Shown here: piece by piece, positions 24,301 to 37,400 of the stretch
Layout of the letters: every line of letters begins with the position of its first letter
Position numbering within the stretch: position 1 is the stretch's first letter
DNA from: Ascoidea asiatica JCM 7603
Taxonomy: Eukaryota; Fungi; Ascomycota
DNA length: 64,000 nt
Assembly (NCBI GenBank): GCA_001600695.1
Contig: BCKQ01000016.1
Coordinates: forward strand, 174,715-238,714
Direction: 5' to 3'
The notes under the pieces: generated by a model
The model's input: the letters and a program-made list of their open reading frames with translations, nothing else
The model's database searches: none
What the model was told of the DNA's origin: nothing
Position numbers and translations under genes: made by a program

Positions 24301-25522
24301 AGAGGAAACCACAGTTGTAATTACTGTTACACACTGTACAACTACTGGTGGTCTTAGTATTCCATGTACTACATCTGAACAAACAGTAGTTGGAACACCA
24401 GGCACTGAGACAACTACTAGTGAGTTTACTACAACAGTTCCAACAATTTGTTCAACCACCAATTCTCAAGGTTCAACTATCACCTATTCTACATCAACTG
24501 AGGTTATTTCAACTTCCACATTCTGTCCTTTAACTGCTACTTATTCAACGGTTAAGACTACAGTCACTCCAGTTACTAAACCAAATGGATCTGTTACTCT
24601 TAGTACATGTACTACTGTTTCAGTTGGTACAATTACCACAGCTGTTCCGGTTCCTGTTACTTCTAAAACTTCACTTTCAGAAAAAACTAGCTCAGAGACT
24701 TTTACAACAACTGTTCCAATTGTCTCTAAGACTTCAACTACCGTTTCAATTACATCTGAGAGTTCAACATCCATTACAGCTGTTCCATTTACTTCAACAT
24801 CTATCACATCAAAATCAGTTACTTCAAAAACTTCAAAACAAACTACCGAATCAGTTTTATCAGAAAGTGAGACCAGCTCAGTAATTTCTTCTAGTGCTTC
24901 TACTACCTGTACTGAATGCAATATTTCAACAACTAAAGCAACAACAATGGTTATTACTTTAAGCCATTGTACTGCTACTGGTGGTAAATGTACTACAACT
25001 GAACAAACTGTTGTAGGAACAATTGGAACTGAAACTAAAACTAGCGCATTCACTACAACCATTCCAACTATTTGTTCCACTGTTAATTCAGAAGGTTCTA
25101 CAGTTACCTACCAAACCTCAAGTGAAGTTGTTTCTACTACCACATACTGTCCATTAACAGCTACATACTCAACAATTTGTACCACTGCAACTTCTATCAC
25201 AAATGAAGCTGGTTCTGTTTCTGTCAGTACTTTCACTACAGCTTCCGTTGGTACATATGTTACATCATTACCAGTTACTTCAGCCAGTGAAGCTTCCACA
25301 ACAGCCATTTCAACTTCTCCTTCTGCTACAACATTAGTTGTCAGTACTATTACATCAGGTAGTATTCAAGCAGTAGCTAAAACTACAACTCCTGTTGTTG
25401 GAACCCAATCTGCAACTGAATCTACTATACCATCAATTGCTCAAGCTATTAATGGTGCTAATTCATTGAAGATTAATTCATCCTTATTTGGAATTATCTC
25501 ATTCGCATTATTGTTTATTTAG
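21320..25522 (+). CDS. Flo11-domain GPI-anchored adhesin/flocculin with Ser/Thr stalk and four Cys-containing repeats
   Basis: Signal peptide; Flo11A-like motifs (ISYVSENEYEVTI, ELKLLS, TVVLYSDNSKVYKIDDP, VPNYQVQYDWCQ, SYDLNIGC, PAYCWPTTC); C-terminal GPI signal (AINGANSLKINSSLFGIISFALLFI). Confidence 0.92.
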   Translation: MLSKFLNSKVLITSSLAVLNSIQVIALPILYPTTNTTSVASSSSALESSSQGFCTPTSNCDITGSGDVPDFSISYSDISYVSENEYEVTINFASSKCDLTIDAISELKLLSFNTGSGSSTVVLYSDNSKVYKIDDPCNWSYRTKVGTSTSGSSACVPNYQVQYDWCQNSGNCDKSGECGSWSYDQSYDLNIGCQSGNQAPAYCWPTTCSATSSVPSTAPATTPSYTSSAVTSVSSSLIATTSSNLIKTSAASSTSSTSVPNTQKSSSSLGYTTSSFTETSESPEVSSSISSSSTYSSLYSYVSSVSSALITSSSRAPEFPNQPSSTSVASSAPTSGTTTSEASLSSGKVYSSSISSVASITSSSLAPEFPTSGSSLTSAPTLSTETDIVSIGTTIVITVTHCTTSGGVSIPCTATERTVVVTPGTETKTKTYTTTIPTICSTTNSKGSTVTYYTSTEVTSTTTYCPLTATYSTVQTTVTPVTKPNGSISLSTCTTLSMGTITTTVPVTTGSSTLPFSKKSSLTGSISTKTSTTVNVSSETFVSSTSTEKGSVSTSSTVSVSSETSSVSLSSSSVSIFSTSVPVFSSGVSVSSKTQITVSSSVPISYSKVTISSKTSKVPVSSETSKIKISSETSSVYVYSSSASTSFETPMISSSTIPVSSTIPVSSPSLLAPASSTEISSHATNSTKSYGSTTLETTLSNSLIASSSTPVSNYVVSTTEETTVVITVTHCTTTGGLSIPCTTTEQTVVGTPGTETTTSKFTTTVPTICSTVNSQGSTVTYSTSTEIISTTTYCPLTATYSTVETTVTPVTKPNGSVTLSTCTTVSVGTVTTAVPVTSKTSTLKSMSSLSTTLKSNATTSFSTSTLNSISSTVITTYLSTALASVSSNANFTTFYTTSTINSVSSETGFTTSLSTSEVETISSIANNTFSLSTSTMKSSSLTTISVPSSTPVESTSLKLNNTSTTTLVGTVSSGTTTILSSTDTATSSSEVLTSEETTVVITVTHCTTTGGLSIPCTTSEQTVVGTPGTETTTSEFTTTVPTICSTTNSQGSTITYSTSTEVISTSTFCPLTATYSTVKTTVTPVTKPNGSVTLSTCTTVSVGTITTAVPVPVTSKTSLSEKTSSETFTTTVPIVSKTSTTVSITSESSTSITAVPFTSTSITSKSVTSKTSKQTTESVLSESETSSVISSSASTTCTECNISTTKATTMVITLSHCTATGGKCTTTEQTVVGTIGTETKTSAFTTTIPTICSTVNSEGSTVTYQTSSEVVSTTTYCPLTATYSTICTTATSITNEAGSVSVSTFTTASVGTYVTSLPVTSASEASTTAISTSPSATTLVVSTITSGSIQAVAKTTTPVVGTQSATESTIPSIAQAINGANSLKINSSLFGIISFALLFI
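22496..25279 (+). repeat. Four dispersed 113-116 aa intragenic repeats (flocculin type 3-like, extended): 22496-22843, 23483-23830, 24308-24655, 24941-25279
   Basis: Each copy follows TTxVITxxHC..C..E.TVV...TTTxPTICST.NS.GST.TY..S.E..ST...CPLTATYST... Confidence 0.92.
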
Positions 25523-26170
25523 ATGAACTTAGTGATATAAGGTGGATTGTTCTTAAATCAAATTTTTATATTCGTTTATCATGTTCTCAAAGAGAACCAT
25601 GTGTTTCTTATAATATCCATTTTTTTTTTTTTTCTTTTTTGTTGATTCTTTCTGATTTCTAATAATTGATTTCCTTTAGGGTTGGTTGGTTAGTTTATCT
25701 TAACTTTTGGTTTTTTTTATTTATTTATTTATCTACTATCTTCAAAATTTCATTGCTTTAATCATCTTGATCTTTTAATATTTATCTACTAACAAAATAA
25801 TGATGCTATATCATATTAATCTTTGATACCAATTTATTTACTTTCGACGTTCTTTATTTTGATATTTCTTCTTCACTTTCATATACTTTTTCAGATTAAT
25901 GTTTTTTTTTATTCTAAAAAGCGATATCCTAAAAACTGTTTAATCAAATCCATACTCCCTTTGCATATTAATATCAAATGGCATTGTTTTAAATATATTT
26001 TTAATGCTTACTTTACTTTTTTATTATATAAATTAAAATTTACATATTTAATAAAACACCTTCTTTTCTTTAAATGAATTAGGATAATTATTTATTCTCG
26101 AGTTTGAAATGTAAAAAAGTGAATAGTTATTAGAAAAATTCATTAAAAATCTTAAACAAACAACAAAAAA

Positions 26171-26253
26171 TGAAGGATGCGAGGTTCGAACTCGCGCGGG
26201 AATCTCCCAGTAGATCTTAAGTCTACCGCCTTAGACCACTCGGCCAACCCTCC
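26171..26253 (-). tRNA. tRNA-Leu(UAA), intronless
   Basis: GGAGGGTTGGCCGAGTGGTCTAAGGCG-GTAGA-CT[TAA]GA-TCTAC-variable arm-GCGAGTTCGAACCTCGCATCCTTCA, followed by a T6 Pol III terminator (26165-26170). Confidence 0.97.
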
Positions 26254-26583
26254 AATTTGTTATTGCTTTTGCTTTTTTGTGCTTTGAAGATTACCAGGAA
26301 AAACACTAGTTCATTTCCGTAGTTCATTATAAATCCGCACTTTTATTTGATCACGGATAATTTATTTCCGAGTTATCAGTTTACTTTCAAGTCTAAACCC
26401 CAGAACTTCTGAGAGATGTTGAGGTCTCATCAGATTGATTGATCTAATTCAAAGATGATCTGTTAGCTTTATGAATTCTAATACTCTTTCTGTATTTCAT
26501 ATTTTAATCAAACATCATTGTATTATGAACTTCAGTTTTGATTTTGTTTATTCTTCTTGTTCCTAAGAATTCATCTTTTCAAA

Positions 26584-27175
26584 ATGACTTTTAAAGAGGA
26601 TGCAAAACTAGAGAATCGCAATACATCTAATTTTAATATTGACAAGGAGCGTACAGATAACAATAAAAATAACGATAACAAAAACGATAACGATAATGAT
26701 AATGATAGCAGTAACGATAGTGAAGAAGAGGACGAAGACTTTATTCCTGGACAAGATGACCTAGCTTCTAATTCAGACTCTGGTAGTGATGATGAATTCA
26801 ATTCTACAGACATAGAAACAAGCTCAAAAAAAGAAACAGATATAAATGATAAAGAAATAAAATCAGTTCCAAAAAATGAAATTCTAGAGTGTTCAATGAA
26901 AAAGATTTCTATTAAAAAATTTGGCTCAAATATTCCAAAATCCAATTCGAATGATAATTATTCGGAGGAAAGTGAAGATGAAGAAACTTTAAAAGAAATA
27001 AAATCTGCAAATTATAATAAAATTGAAAATGAAAATGGAGGATTAATTAAAACCCGTAACCAAAGAAAAATTGAGCAAACTGAAAATAATCAAAAAAAAT
27101 TTCTAATTGCAAGCTCTAATAATGAAGAAAATTCAAAAATTGATATTGATCAATTATGGAAAAAGATGAACTCAA

Positions 27176-27208
<33 letters not shown>

Positions 27209-27792
27209 ATAATATTAATAATATTTTATCAGATAATGAAATTAAGAGTAAATCAAGTCAGAAATCGAAAAATCAATTAAATGAGATTAAAGTGGATAAA
27301 TTTGGTGAAAAAAAAATCAAAATTCAAGTAGCTTATGAGTTTGCTGGAGATAATATTAAACAAGAAAAATGGGTTTTAGCCTCATCTGCAGAAGCCAAAG
27401 CTTATTTGAATTCAACTCATAATTTTACAAAGCAATTCAATAAAACTGAAACTAAAAGTAATAATAACAATAATAATTATAACAAAAGTAATATAAGTAC
27501 TGAAAACGATAATCTTAAAATGAAGAAAAAAAAAATTATAAAAAGAATAAAAAGAAAAAGACCTTCAATAATTGATGAAATTATAAATAGTTCAAAGAAA
27601 AGAAAAATCAATACTTTAGAAAAATCAAGATTAGATTGGGCAAGTTATATTGATAATCAAGGTATCAATGATGAATTAAAGTCTTACAATAAAAACGGTT
27701 ATTTAGATAAACAAGAATTTTTAGGAAGAGTTGAATCAAAGATTGATGAACAATATAAGTTTGCCAGATCTCAAAAAAAGAATGAAAAGTAA
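26584..27792 (+). CDS. SWC5: SWR1 complex subunit Swc5 (BCNT domain)
   Basis: Acidic DEDF N-terminus; GGLIKTRNQR; YEFAGD; BCNT KINTLEKSRLDW...NKNGYLDKQEFL. The first ATG is 26584; the ORF-track start is a TTG. Confidence 0.93.
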
Positions 27793-27814
27793 GCTTGTTC
27801 GTGATTTTACTCTG

Positions 27815-27865
27815 TATTATATTATATTATATTATATTATATTATGTTATATTAAGTTATATTAT
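27815..27865. repeat. (TATTA)n tract between the convergent SWC5 and DIM1 stops
   Basis: Pentanucleotide repeat fills most of the 73-bp gap; it may act as a bidirectional 3'-end signal. Confidence 0.75.
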
Positions 27866-28951
<1,086 letters not shown>

Positions 28952-29324
28952 CTATTACTTATTTGCTATTCAGTGTTTATCCACTTTATTATATATATAT
29001 ATATGTATATGTATATATTATTTTAAAATATCTGTAAAGTATAATGTTATTATATGTTATCATATTATTTATCACTTTATTGATGATTATGTAAAATTGT
29101 TTTGAATTCAAAAAAAAAAAATATTTTATATTTTTCTTTTTTTATCCTACCGTAGTGAAAACTTTACCAGTAACAATTTAAAGTTTTTTCTGATAACAAC
29201 GGAAATTTTTATTTTGATTTCACTTTTTCTCGAGGGTTTTTGAAAAAACAAGCAAACGCGGAGGTAATACCAAAACGGGAAATATAAAAAAAATATGTTA
29301 AGCCCGCGCTTGCAGTACATTAGT

Positions 29325-29364
29325 ATTATATTTTATTATATTTTATTATATTTTATTATATTTT
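29325..29364. repeat. 10-bp tandem repeat (ATTATATTTT)x4
   Basis: Read directly between the DIM1 promoter and the NCR1 3' end. Confidence 0.85.
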
Positions 29365-29544
29365 GTTTTTTGATTGGCTTCATTTTATGTAGAAAAAAAA
29401 AATTATGAAATGATGTGAAAATATGAATTGAATAATAAAAAGATGTAAATGAAAAGGATATATTAGTAAAAAAGAAAAAGCAACATGAACCAAATAAAAA
29501 AAATAACTATTACACTACCGCCATTGAAATAAAGTATAACCCAC

Positions 29545-32500
29545 CTAATTATCTGAATCATTTCCTGAAACCTCATTAAATCTTAGACGAGATGCTAGAT
29601 CATCTGAAACAGCACTTGCTCTAGAAGAATAAACATATGAGCTACCTCCAATATATGAAAGTACAATTGGTAAAAACATTAAACTATGAAGACTTGCAAC
29701 AATAACTAATGTTAACCACATTCTGAAATAATAAATTTGAAAAATTTGTGATCTTGTAAATGCTAATACGCAAACTCCAATTAATTTAGTCATTGCAATT
29801 CCACCAAATACTGATCCTCCAATTCCTGTTAAAGCATGAAATGATCTTTGGATTTTACTTCCTGTACTTCTACCTCCAAATTCTAATTGATCTGTAACTG
29901 TAAATGCTCTTGCAATATGTGTACAAAACTCAACTGCTAATCCCGTACATATAACTAGATTGACTAAAGCAACTGCATTTAAAGAAATTCCCCAAATTGA
30001 CATTATTCCTCCAATATCAACTAATATGAAAATTACTGTACCACAGAGAACTCCTGCTGTTCGAAATGATCCAAGTAAAAATGATGATGTTAAAAATAAT
30101 ATCATCAATCCTGTAGTTAATAATGTAAATGTTAATCTAACTATACTTTCATACTGAACAAAAAAAATATAAAATGGTGAATATGCAAATATATCTATGC
30201 CTGTTAATTTATGAATATCTTCAACAATTCTTAATGAAGATCTATATCCTTTGATAAAATCATCTTGTGATCTTAATGGTACATGTGATGTACGAAATAC
30301 TGAACTTTTTATATTATTTCCAACTTTATTTTTGACAACTGAAGTAGAATATGGTGCTTTTCCACCTAATGGACATGGATCACTTGGTGAATTTATCCAT
30401 ATATCAAAATACTTTATAAATTCTTCTCCTTCGGGAAATGCTTTCATTGAACTATCCCATTCAGGTTCATGATTACTATAACATGTTTCACACATTCTTG
30501 GTGAGGCATACGGTGAACAAACAACTTCCTTATTTGTATTTTTTCTAAATCTACAACATTGATCAAGATCTGGATTTAACCAAAGAAAAAAATCGTCAAT
30601 CCAACTTGCTGCGGGTTCTGATAATGTTGATATTTCTGGTCTTTTTCTTTCTTGTTCTAAAATATTAACTAATGAATATTCATTACATGTTGAAAATCTT
30701 CCACATAATTTTTGTTGACTATTTCTTTCGGTAACATTTAAATCTTTAACAATAAAATAAACTGGTGCTCCTGTATCAAAATAATCATACATGCTATTAA
30801 AATAATCAATTAAATATGAATCTGAAGGTAACGCAATCCTTTGATCTAATCCAAATTTAATTCCTGGTAATAATGTCAATGAAATTCCAAACCATGTTAA
30901 AAAAATAAATAATATGACTGGTTTTACTTTTTTTCTTAAAATAAATGTTGCATAAAATTTTCTTAATAATCTTGAAAATATTGTTTCATCAGATTGTTTT
31001 AAAATTTCCGGAATTAATAAACCTCTTGAACTTTCATAATTTGGTTCAAATTCTGAATTTGTAATTGATTTTGATCTAAAACTATCAACTTTTATCCAAG
31101 GAAATAAATCTAATCTCATATCATCTGCTCTTTGTTGATCTAAAGCAATAAGAGAAACAAATGTAGTTAACTGTAAACATGAATTACATAAAGATGCTCC
31201 TGCTGAATAAAGTGCAAAATTTCTAACAGCTGGCATTGCAACAAAAGCTCCAAGACTAAATGCTAAAAATTGTGAAGAAGCTGATAACAAAATACTTGGC
31301 CCCATTCTTCCAATTGTTCTTGAAATTCTTTCTGGAACTGATTCATTTGAATAAGCATGATTGATATGCTTTAATTCATGACAAATTAAAAAAATATTAT
31401 CTACACCCACAGCTAATATAAGAAATGGGATTACTTCTGCAATTATAAGTGTGGATTTAACACCTAATAAAGCAAAAAAACCTGCAGAAGTAGTAACTGA
31501 TAATAAAACAATACAAATACCTGCCAATCCAATACTTATTTTAGTTTCAACAAAAGTATTTAAATTATCAAAACTTGGAAATCCTCCACTAAGGGCCAAT
31601 GAGGCATAAGCAAACATTACTAAATAAGAAATTATTATAATTTTAATATCAGTATTTGTTGATTTATTTAACTCTTTTTCTAAAGAAATTTCTGTACTAA
31701 ATGAAAGCTTTAAACCTCTATTTTCTGCTTCAGAAGTTAAATTATTCAAAATGAAAGTTTCAAGTAATCTTTCCCATTTATCGGCATTTTCTACTTGAAG
31801 TGAATTTTCATCATTATCATTTGATACAACATAAGTTACAATAAATGCCTTTGATTCTAAGACATGATTTTCTTCATAGCCTCCAAACAAAATTTCTTTT
31901 TTTAAAGGTTGCTGAAAAGTTGGTAAGCAATTTACAGGAGATGTTGTACAATCTGTTAGTTGCCTTTTCCAAGTTGAAGGTTTTAAAGATGAAATATCTC
32001 CATGGAAATATTGAGAGAACGATTCTATAACACATGTTTCACCAGTTGGTTTAAAACAAATATCATCAAGTGTGATCAACTTTGAGCTTTGTTGTGATTC
32101 CGATTCTGATTCCAGCTCCATATCATTGTTTATAGTATCACTAGCATTATTATTGTTAACAGATAACTTATTTATTCTATCTTCAACATCAAACCACCAT
32201 TGAATTGTATCATAATTTAAAACAGGACCAGTTTCATTAATAATGAATAGTTGTTCAGTTCTATAAAAAGGTCCAAAATTTTGGTCAAAGTATTCTTTTT
32301 GTTTATAAGCTTCGGCAGAAGAAGGCACCCATAAATTAATTGGATTTTTTTCTAATTTTGTGAAAAACATACAAGATGATAAAATCAAAGTTATTGATAA
32401 AGTTATTGAAATTACGATTAATGGATGTAGAGCAGAAAAAAAAGCTAATTTACCAAAAAAATTTTCAAGAAAATCATTTACAATATATGTTTGATAAGGT

Positions 32501-33588
32501 TGATTTGAAGGTAGTAAATTCCTTTGATTTGAGGATATATGACTTAATTGATCAGTTGTACTATTATCATCATTTTCATCTTCTTGATGAAAATTAGCTA
32601 AAGTATCATCATGTAATAAATTTTGATGATCAAATTTCCAATTTTTATAGTATAGGAAACTTATATAACCTGAGAAATATAAAACTAAAAGAATTAAATA
32701 TAAAGTTATAATGAAAACCGAAAAACATGGAATAACTCCAATTTTACAATTTTTATTTTTATTAATATTAGGTAAAATTGGACAAGAACCTGAACAATCA
32801 GCACAAGAACATTTAAAAATTGGATTTGAATCATTACAATGTTTAACATCACCATTTGAAGGTATAATATCTTTTGGTGGAAACGTTTCATTATCATTTG
32901 GCCATATAAAATTAATTTGAAAAGGAGAGCCTCCTAACATTGGTTTTTCATCACCTAAAAATTTTAAAAATTGCTTATAATCTTTGGCGCCACCACCAAT
33001 TAAATCCATTGCATAACCATTGGTTGCACCGAATTTAACTTCTTTACAAGAATTGAAAAATTCTTCAGCCCATTTAGAATCAACAAATTGATCCAATTCC
33101 GATATTATTTCTTTCTTTGTATTTATTGAGTTTGAAGTTTTGGTAACATTTACAAATTGAGATTGATTTGGAGAACAAGTGAATCTACAAAATAATTGAT
33201 AGAAATTCTCTTTACAAGCAGGGCATGAAGATATTATTGTATCAGCCTTCTTTAATTGAGTTTGTAAGTTTTTTAATTGAGCATTTGTACAACAAAGAAT
33301 ATCTTGATTTTCCCAACTTGGACCACAAATATCTAATAATAATTGTTTATCTTCACTTGAAGGAATTGAAGCAGGAATATTAGCCGAACAGGGTAAATCT
33401 GCTCCGAAAAAAGTCTTTTTACCACAATTGTCATAAAGAGCACAATAACCTTCTTCATGAATGGGAGTATATTCTTCTAAATCAGATATAGAATTGGAAG
33501 CAAAGACTAAACCAATGTTGAGACTGAAAATAATCCAAAAGCAAAGAAAAAATGCAAATATATTGCAGATTGATCGTTGTTTGAACAT
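29545..33588 (-). CDS. NCR1: Niemann-Pick C1 homolog, vacuolar sterol transporter
   Basis: Signal peptide; Cys-rich NTD (CALYDNCG; SSCPACKENF); sterol-sensing domain (IIAEVIPFLILAVGVDNIFL); C-terminal RND TMs (GISLNAVALVNL). Confidence 0.97.
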   Translation of the reverse strand: MFKQRSICNIFAFFLCFWIIFSLNIGLVFASNSISDLEEYTPIHEEGYCALYDNCGKKTFFGADLPCSANIPASIPSSEDKQLLLDICGPSWENQDILCCTNAQLKNLQTQLKKADTIISSCPACKENFYQLFCRFTCSPNQSQFVNVTKTSNSINTKKEIISELDQFVDSKWAEEFFNSCKEVKFGATNGYAMDLIGGGAKDYKQFLKFLGDEKPMLGGSPFQINFIWPNDNETFPPKDIIPSNGDVKHCNDSNPIFKCSCADCSGSCPILPNINKNKNCKIGVIPCFSVFIITLYLILLVLYFSGYISFLYYKNWKFDHQNLLHDDTLANFHQEDENDDNSTTDQLSHISSNQRNLLPSNQPYQTYIVNDFLENFFGKLAFFSALHPLIVISITLSITLILSSCMFFTKLEKNPINLWVPSSAEAYKQKEYFDQNFGPFYRTEQLFIINETGPVLNYDTIQWWFDVEDRINKLSVNNNNASDTINNDMELESESESQQSSKLITLDDICFKPTGETCVIESFSQYFHGDISSLKPSTWKRQLTDCTTSPVNCLPTFQQPLKKEILFGGYEENHVLESKAFIVTYVVSNDNDENSLQVENADKWERLLETFILNNLTSEAENRGLKLSFSTEISLEKELNKSTNTDIKIIIISYLVMFAYASLALSGGFPSFDNLNTFVETKISIGLAGICIVLLSVTTSAGFFALLGVKSTLIIAEVIPFLILAVGVDNIFLICHELKHINHAYSNESVPERISRTIGRMGPSILLSASSQFLAFSLGAFVAMPAVRNFALYSAGASLCNSCLQLTTFVSLIALDQQRADDMRLDLFPWIKVDSFRSKSITNSEFEPNYESSRGLLIPEILKQSDETIFSRLLRKFYATFILRKKVKPVILFIFLTWFGISLTLLPGIKFGLDQRIALPSDSYLIDYFNSMYDYFDTGAPVYFIVKDLNVTERNSQQKLCGRFSTCNEYSLVNILEQERKRPEISTLSEPAASWIDDFFLWLNPDLDQCCRFRKNTNKEVVCSPYASPRMCETCYSNHEPEWDSSMKAFPEGEEFIKYFDIWINSPSDPCPLGGKAPYSTSVVKNKVGNNIKSSVFRTSHVPLRSQDDFIKGYRSSLRIVEDIHKLTGIDIFAYSPFYIFFVQYESIVRLTFTLLTTGLMILFLTSSFLLGSFRTAGVLCGTVIFILVDIGGIMSIWGISLNAVALVNLVICTGLAVEFCTHIARAFTVTDQLEFGGRSTGSKIQRSFHALTGIGGSVFGGIAMTKLIGVCVLAFTRSQIFQIYYFRMWLTLVIVASLHSLMFLPIVLSYIGGSSYVYSSRASAVSDDLASRLRFNEVSGNDSDN

Positions 33589-33872
33589 AGCGATAGAATT
33601 CTATAGCAAGCAGTGATTGAGAATAATATACCACTATATCACCAATATCTTACCAGTATATATACAAGTATCAAATATGTATTTTCTTTCAATTTTACTT
33701 GATCTATTAATGGAATTTGAATTGAATTGAACTTGATTGAATATATAATTGAATGTTCTCTTTAAAGCCAGAATCAATAAGCAAATATGGTTAATTCCTG
33801 TATTTACTTATTTACTTTATTTATTCCTCTGTTTCTCCGGTTGTTTTTCTGCTATTGTGATAATGGCTATGC

Positions 33873-33880
33873 TTACGTCA
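33873..33880. promoter_or_regulatory. ATF/CRE-like site TTACGTCA in the NCR1/YSP2 divergent promoter
   Basis: Motif lies in the GC-richest patch of the intergenic region; function inferred. Confidence 0.35.
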
Positions 33881-34472
33881 GCGAAGTGGTCGCTGTCAGC
33901 CGTCTGGGAGTGTTTTACTACTGCTAACTTACCAGTATTTGCTTATTTGTTTGTTTTCAGAATGTATTCAATATTTGATTCACTTGATTCAATTGATGTA
34001 GCTGATTTATATAATTGATTTGATTAGTTTTATTCAATTAAATTAAGTAATTTAATTAATTTATTGATTTGTTGAAGTTAATTGGTTGGTCAACTGAATT
34101 AATCATCAGAAGAACAAATGAAGGTAAAAATTGGCATATGTCAGTAATACTCTTCTCAAATACTCGTCTCAAATATTTAGATTCGTAAATATTTGTAAGG
34201 AATTCAAAACATTCAACAATCCAGACAAAAATATAAAAAATATTATTAAAAAAGACATTAAAACAAGATCATAAAGCTAATTAATTCAAAAGTTATCATT
34301 AAAGCATACAACTGTATTCTCAATTCCCTATTTCTAAATCTTAACTCTTATTTCTTAGTTCTTATTTCTCAATTCCCAATTTTTAATTCTTGATTCTTGA
34401 TTCTCAATTCTCAATTCATAACTCTTGACCGAAGAATATATTTAACAATTTTAAAGCAAATTTCAAATAGCA

Positions 34473-37400
34473 ATGGTAAAAGATAAGCTAGAGACAGGTG
34501 GTCGTTCTACTCTTTTACAGCATTTTGATTTCTTCAATATAAATAAAGCAAAAGAAAATCAAATTGAAGATGAAGCCCAAGAATTATTAAGCAATGATGA
34601 TGAACAAATTCTTAATATGAATAATAATACCGCAGGAAATTTAGGAAATGATCAATTATCTAATGAAAATAACTCTCAATTATTAGATACTTCCAAAATC
34701 CAGTTTAATGCTTTAAAAAAATCAAATGTTTCAACTTTTGGCAATGGAAATTTGACTTTAGAATCTTTGGAAAATAATTTTGATACAATGAATAGTAGTA
34801 ATTCAATGAATACTAATTTATCAAATATTGCAAATGATTCTAATATGACAAATATATCAAATAATTCAAATCTCTCTTTATCTAATCAAAATAATTTTAA
34901 TAATAAATCTAATAGACCTAGTAATTTAAATAACTTGAATAATTATGATACTAATGATAATTCAATTTATACTAATATCGGTAGTAGAAACGTATCCATT
35001 AAAAATTTCAATAATATTAATACGAATACTAATCCTAATATTACTAATAGCAGTATTAATAATAACTTTACTTCAAATATTCTCGCTGATGGCGTATCCA
35101 ATGGCAACAATAATAACAACAACATAAATAATAACTACAATAATACTTCTGGTTTACTCAGTCCGATGGATCCAAATAATGTTAACAATAATAATAATAA
35201 TCTTTCAAAGGGTTCAAATAGATTAAATTCTCATTCAATCTCTGTTGCTAATGTTCCTCAAAATCTTCAACTTAATAATAATAATATCAACTACATAAAT
35301 CAAAATCAATTGCATAATAGAATTTCAAGTCCTCCACGTATGCAAAATTCCCAATCTAATCAATTGAATATTAATTCAATAATTGATTCAAATACTATCC
35401 CACAACAACAATCTGACTATAATGATAACTTAAATCAGAGTCAAAACCAAAACCAAAACCCAAACGATATTTTACCTCAAAATTTATTCTCAAATAAATT
35501 TGATACTGATGTTTATATCAATAATTACGAAAAAGTTTCAAGAAATCAAAATCAATCTCACGATTTAAATATTTCTCAAAATTTAAATCCAAACGATATT
35601 CAAGATGATATTTTATCTCCAAATAAAGTTAAACTAGTCTCACCATCTATTTCAAAAGTTGGTTCAATTAGAGATAAAGATAGAACAAAGTCAAAATCAA
35701 GAAGAACTTTTAGTTTAACGAGTAAAGATGGTAGAACAACTTCAACAGCACTTGATGAAGTACTGAATAATAATTTACAATCAAATAAAATCGATGATAA
35801 TTTCAAATTAAAAAATGTTACTTATGCTAGTGAAAAACGTAATAATGAATTTCATCAAATTTTCAAAAAATTACCACCTAATGAAAGATTATTAGAAGAT
35901 TATGTTGGAGCTTTATCAAAAGAAATTTTAATTCAAGGTAAAATGTATATTTCTGAGAGACATATAAGTTTTAACTCAAATTTATTTGGATTTGTAACAA
36001 ATTTATCAATACCATTTTCTGAAATTTTACAAATAGAAAAAAAATCAACTGCAGTTTTATTCCCTAATGGTTTAGTTATAACAACTTTACATGCAAGATA
36101 TATTTTTGCATCATTTTTGCAAAGAGATTCAACTTTTGAGTTTATCACTTCTGTATGGAGACAGTTGATTAAAAAAGGTCCAAATGCGAATGATGAAGAA
36201 AATGAATATAATGGTAACGGAGATATTACTCAGGATAACGATGCCGAAGCTTCAGATGCTGGTTATGAATCTGATTTTGGAGATGGACTTGACGACGATG
36301 ATGATTATGATGATGACGATGATGATGACGATGATGAAGACAATGGTAACATGGACGAAGAGGATAATTATAGTTTATCACAAGAAGGTGAATCAAAACC
36401 TAAAACAAAGAAAAAAATGTCAATGTCAGGAAATAATAAAGAATCAGACAGTAGTTCATTTAATGGATTACCACTAGTTGGACCATTAACTCATCCCCCA
36501 ACTGAAAATGGATGGGTCAAAGGTCCATCGGAAACCGAAGTTGGAAGAAGTACATTTGATGCTCCCGTTGGAGTTGTATACAATATATTATTTGGAGATG
36601 ATACAAGTTATTTTAAAAAAATTTTGGAAGTTCAAAAAAATTTCGACATTTCAGAAATTCCAATAATGGTTAAAAATCCAGAAACTGGATTAATGGAAAG
36701 GAAATATAATTATACAAAACCATTATTTGGAGCAATTGGTCCTAAACAAACAAGGTGTAATATACATGAAACAATTGAAAAATTTGACCCCGAGAATTTT
36801 ATTCTAGCTTTACAATCAACACAGTCACCAGATGTTCCTAATGGTAATGTTTTCTTAGTTAAAACTAAATTCTTTTTATCTTGGGCACCTGGTAATAAAA
36901 CAAACATGTTAGTTGTAACATATATTGAGTGGACTGGTAAAAGTTGGATTAAAGGGCCCATCGAAAAAGGTACAATTGATGGTCAAACTGAGTCAACTGG
37001 TACACTTGTAAAGGAAATTAACTCTATAATATCAAATGCTATTTCTAACTCTGGTAGTGGTGCAGGTGGTGAAACAAGGAAAAGAAAAACTAAAAGAGGT
37101 AAATCTAAGTCTGGCAAAAATGATGCTAATGTTAATGTTTCTATTAATACTCCAGCCCCAGTACCTGAACCCGTTAAAACATCTCCATTTATGCAAATTT
37201 TTAATGGTATCAAAGAACTAAGTGAAATCATACAACTTCCATTTATACCCTCTTTTTTGAATTTGCCAATTTTCTTTATAATCTCTTTTTATTTGATATT
37301 CAAAATCTTTAAAATTCAGTTTAGATTCAGGGTTTCTTCAAATTCTTTAGTTAATTTGAGTGAGATTAATAAAGTGTCGATTTTTCAAATGAGTAATGGC

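Noticed and set aside
22741-25308. Val-rich antisense ORFs inside adhesin 1
   Set aside because: Expected reverse complement of Thr/Ser codons.
26254-26583. LTR or Ty insertion upstream of the tRNA; CTGATGAG hammerhead-like core at about 26425(-)
   Set aside because: No TG...CA element with target-site duplication; the hammerhead GAAA and stems are missing.
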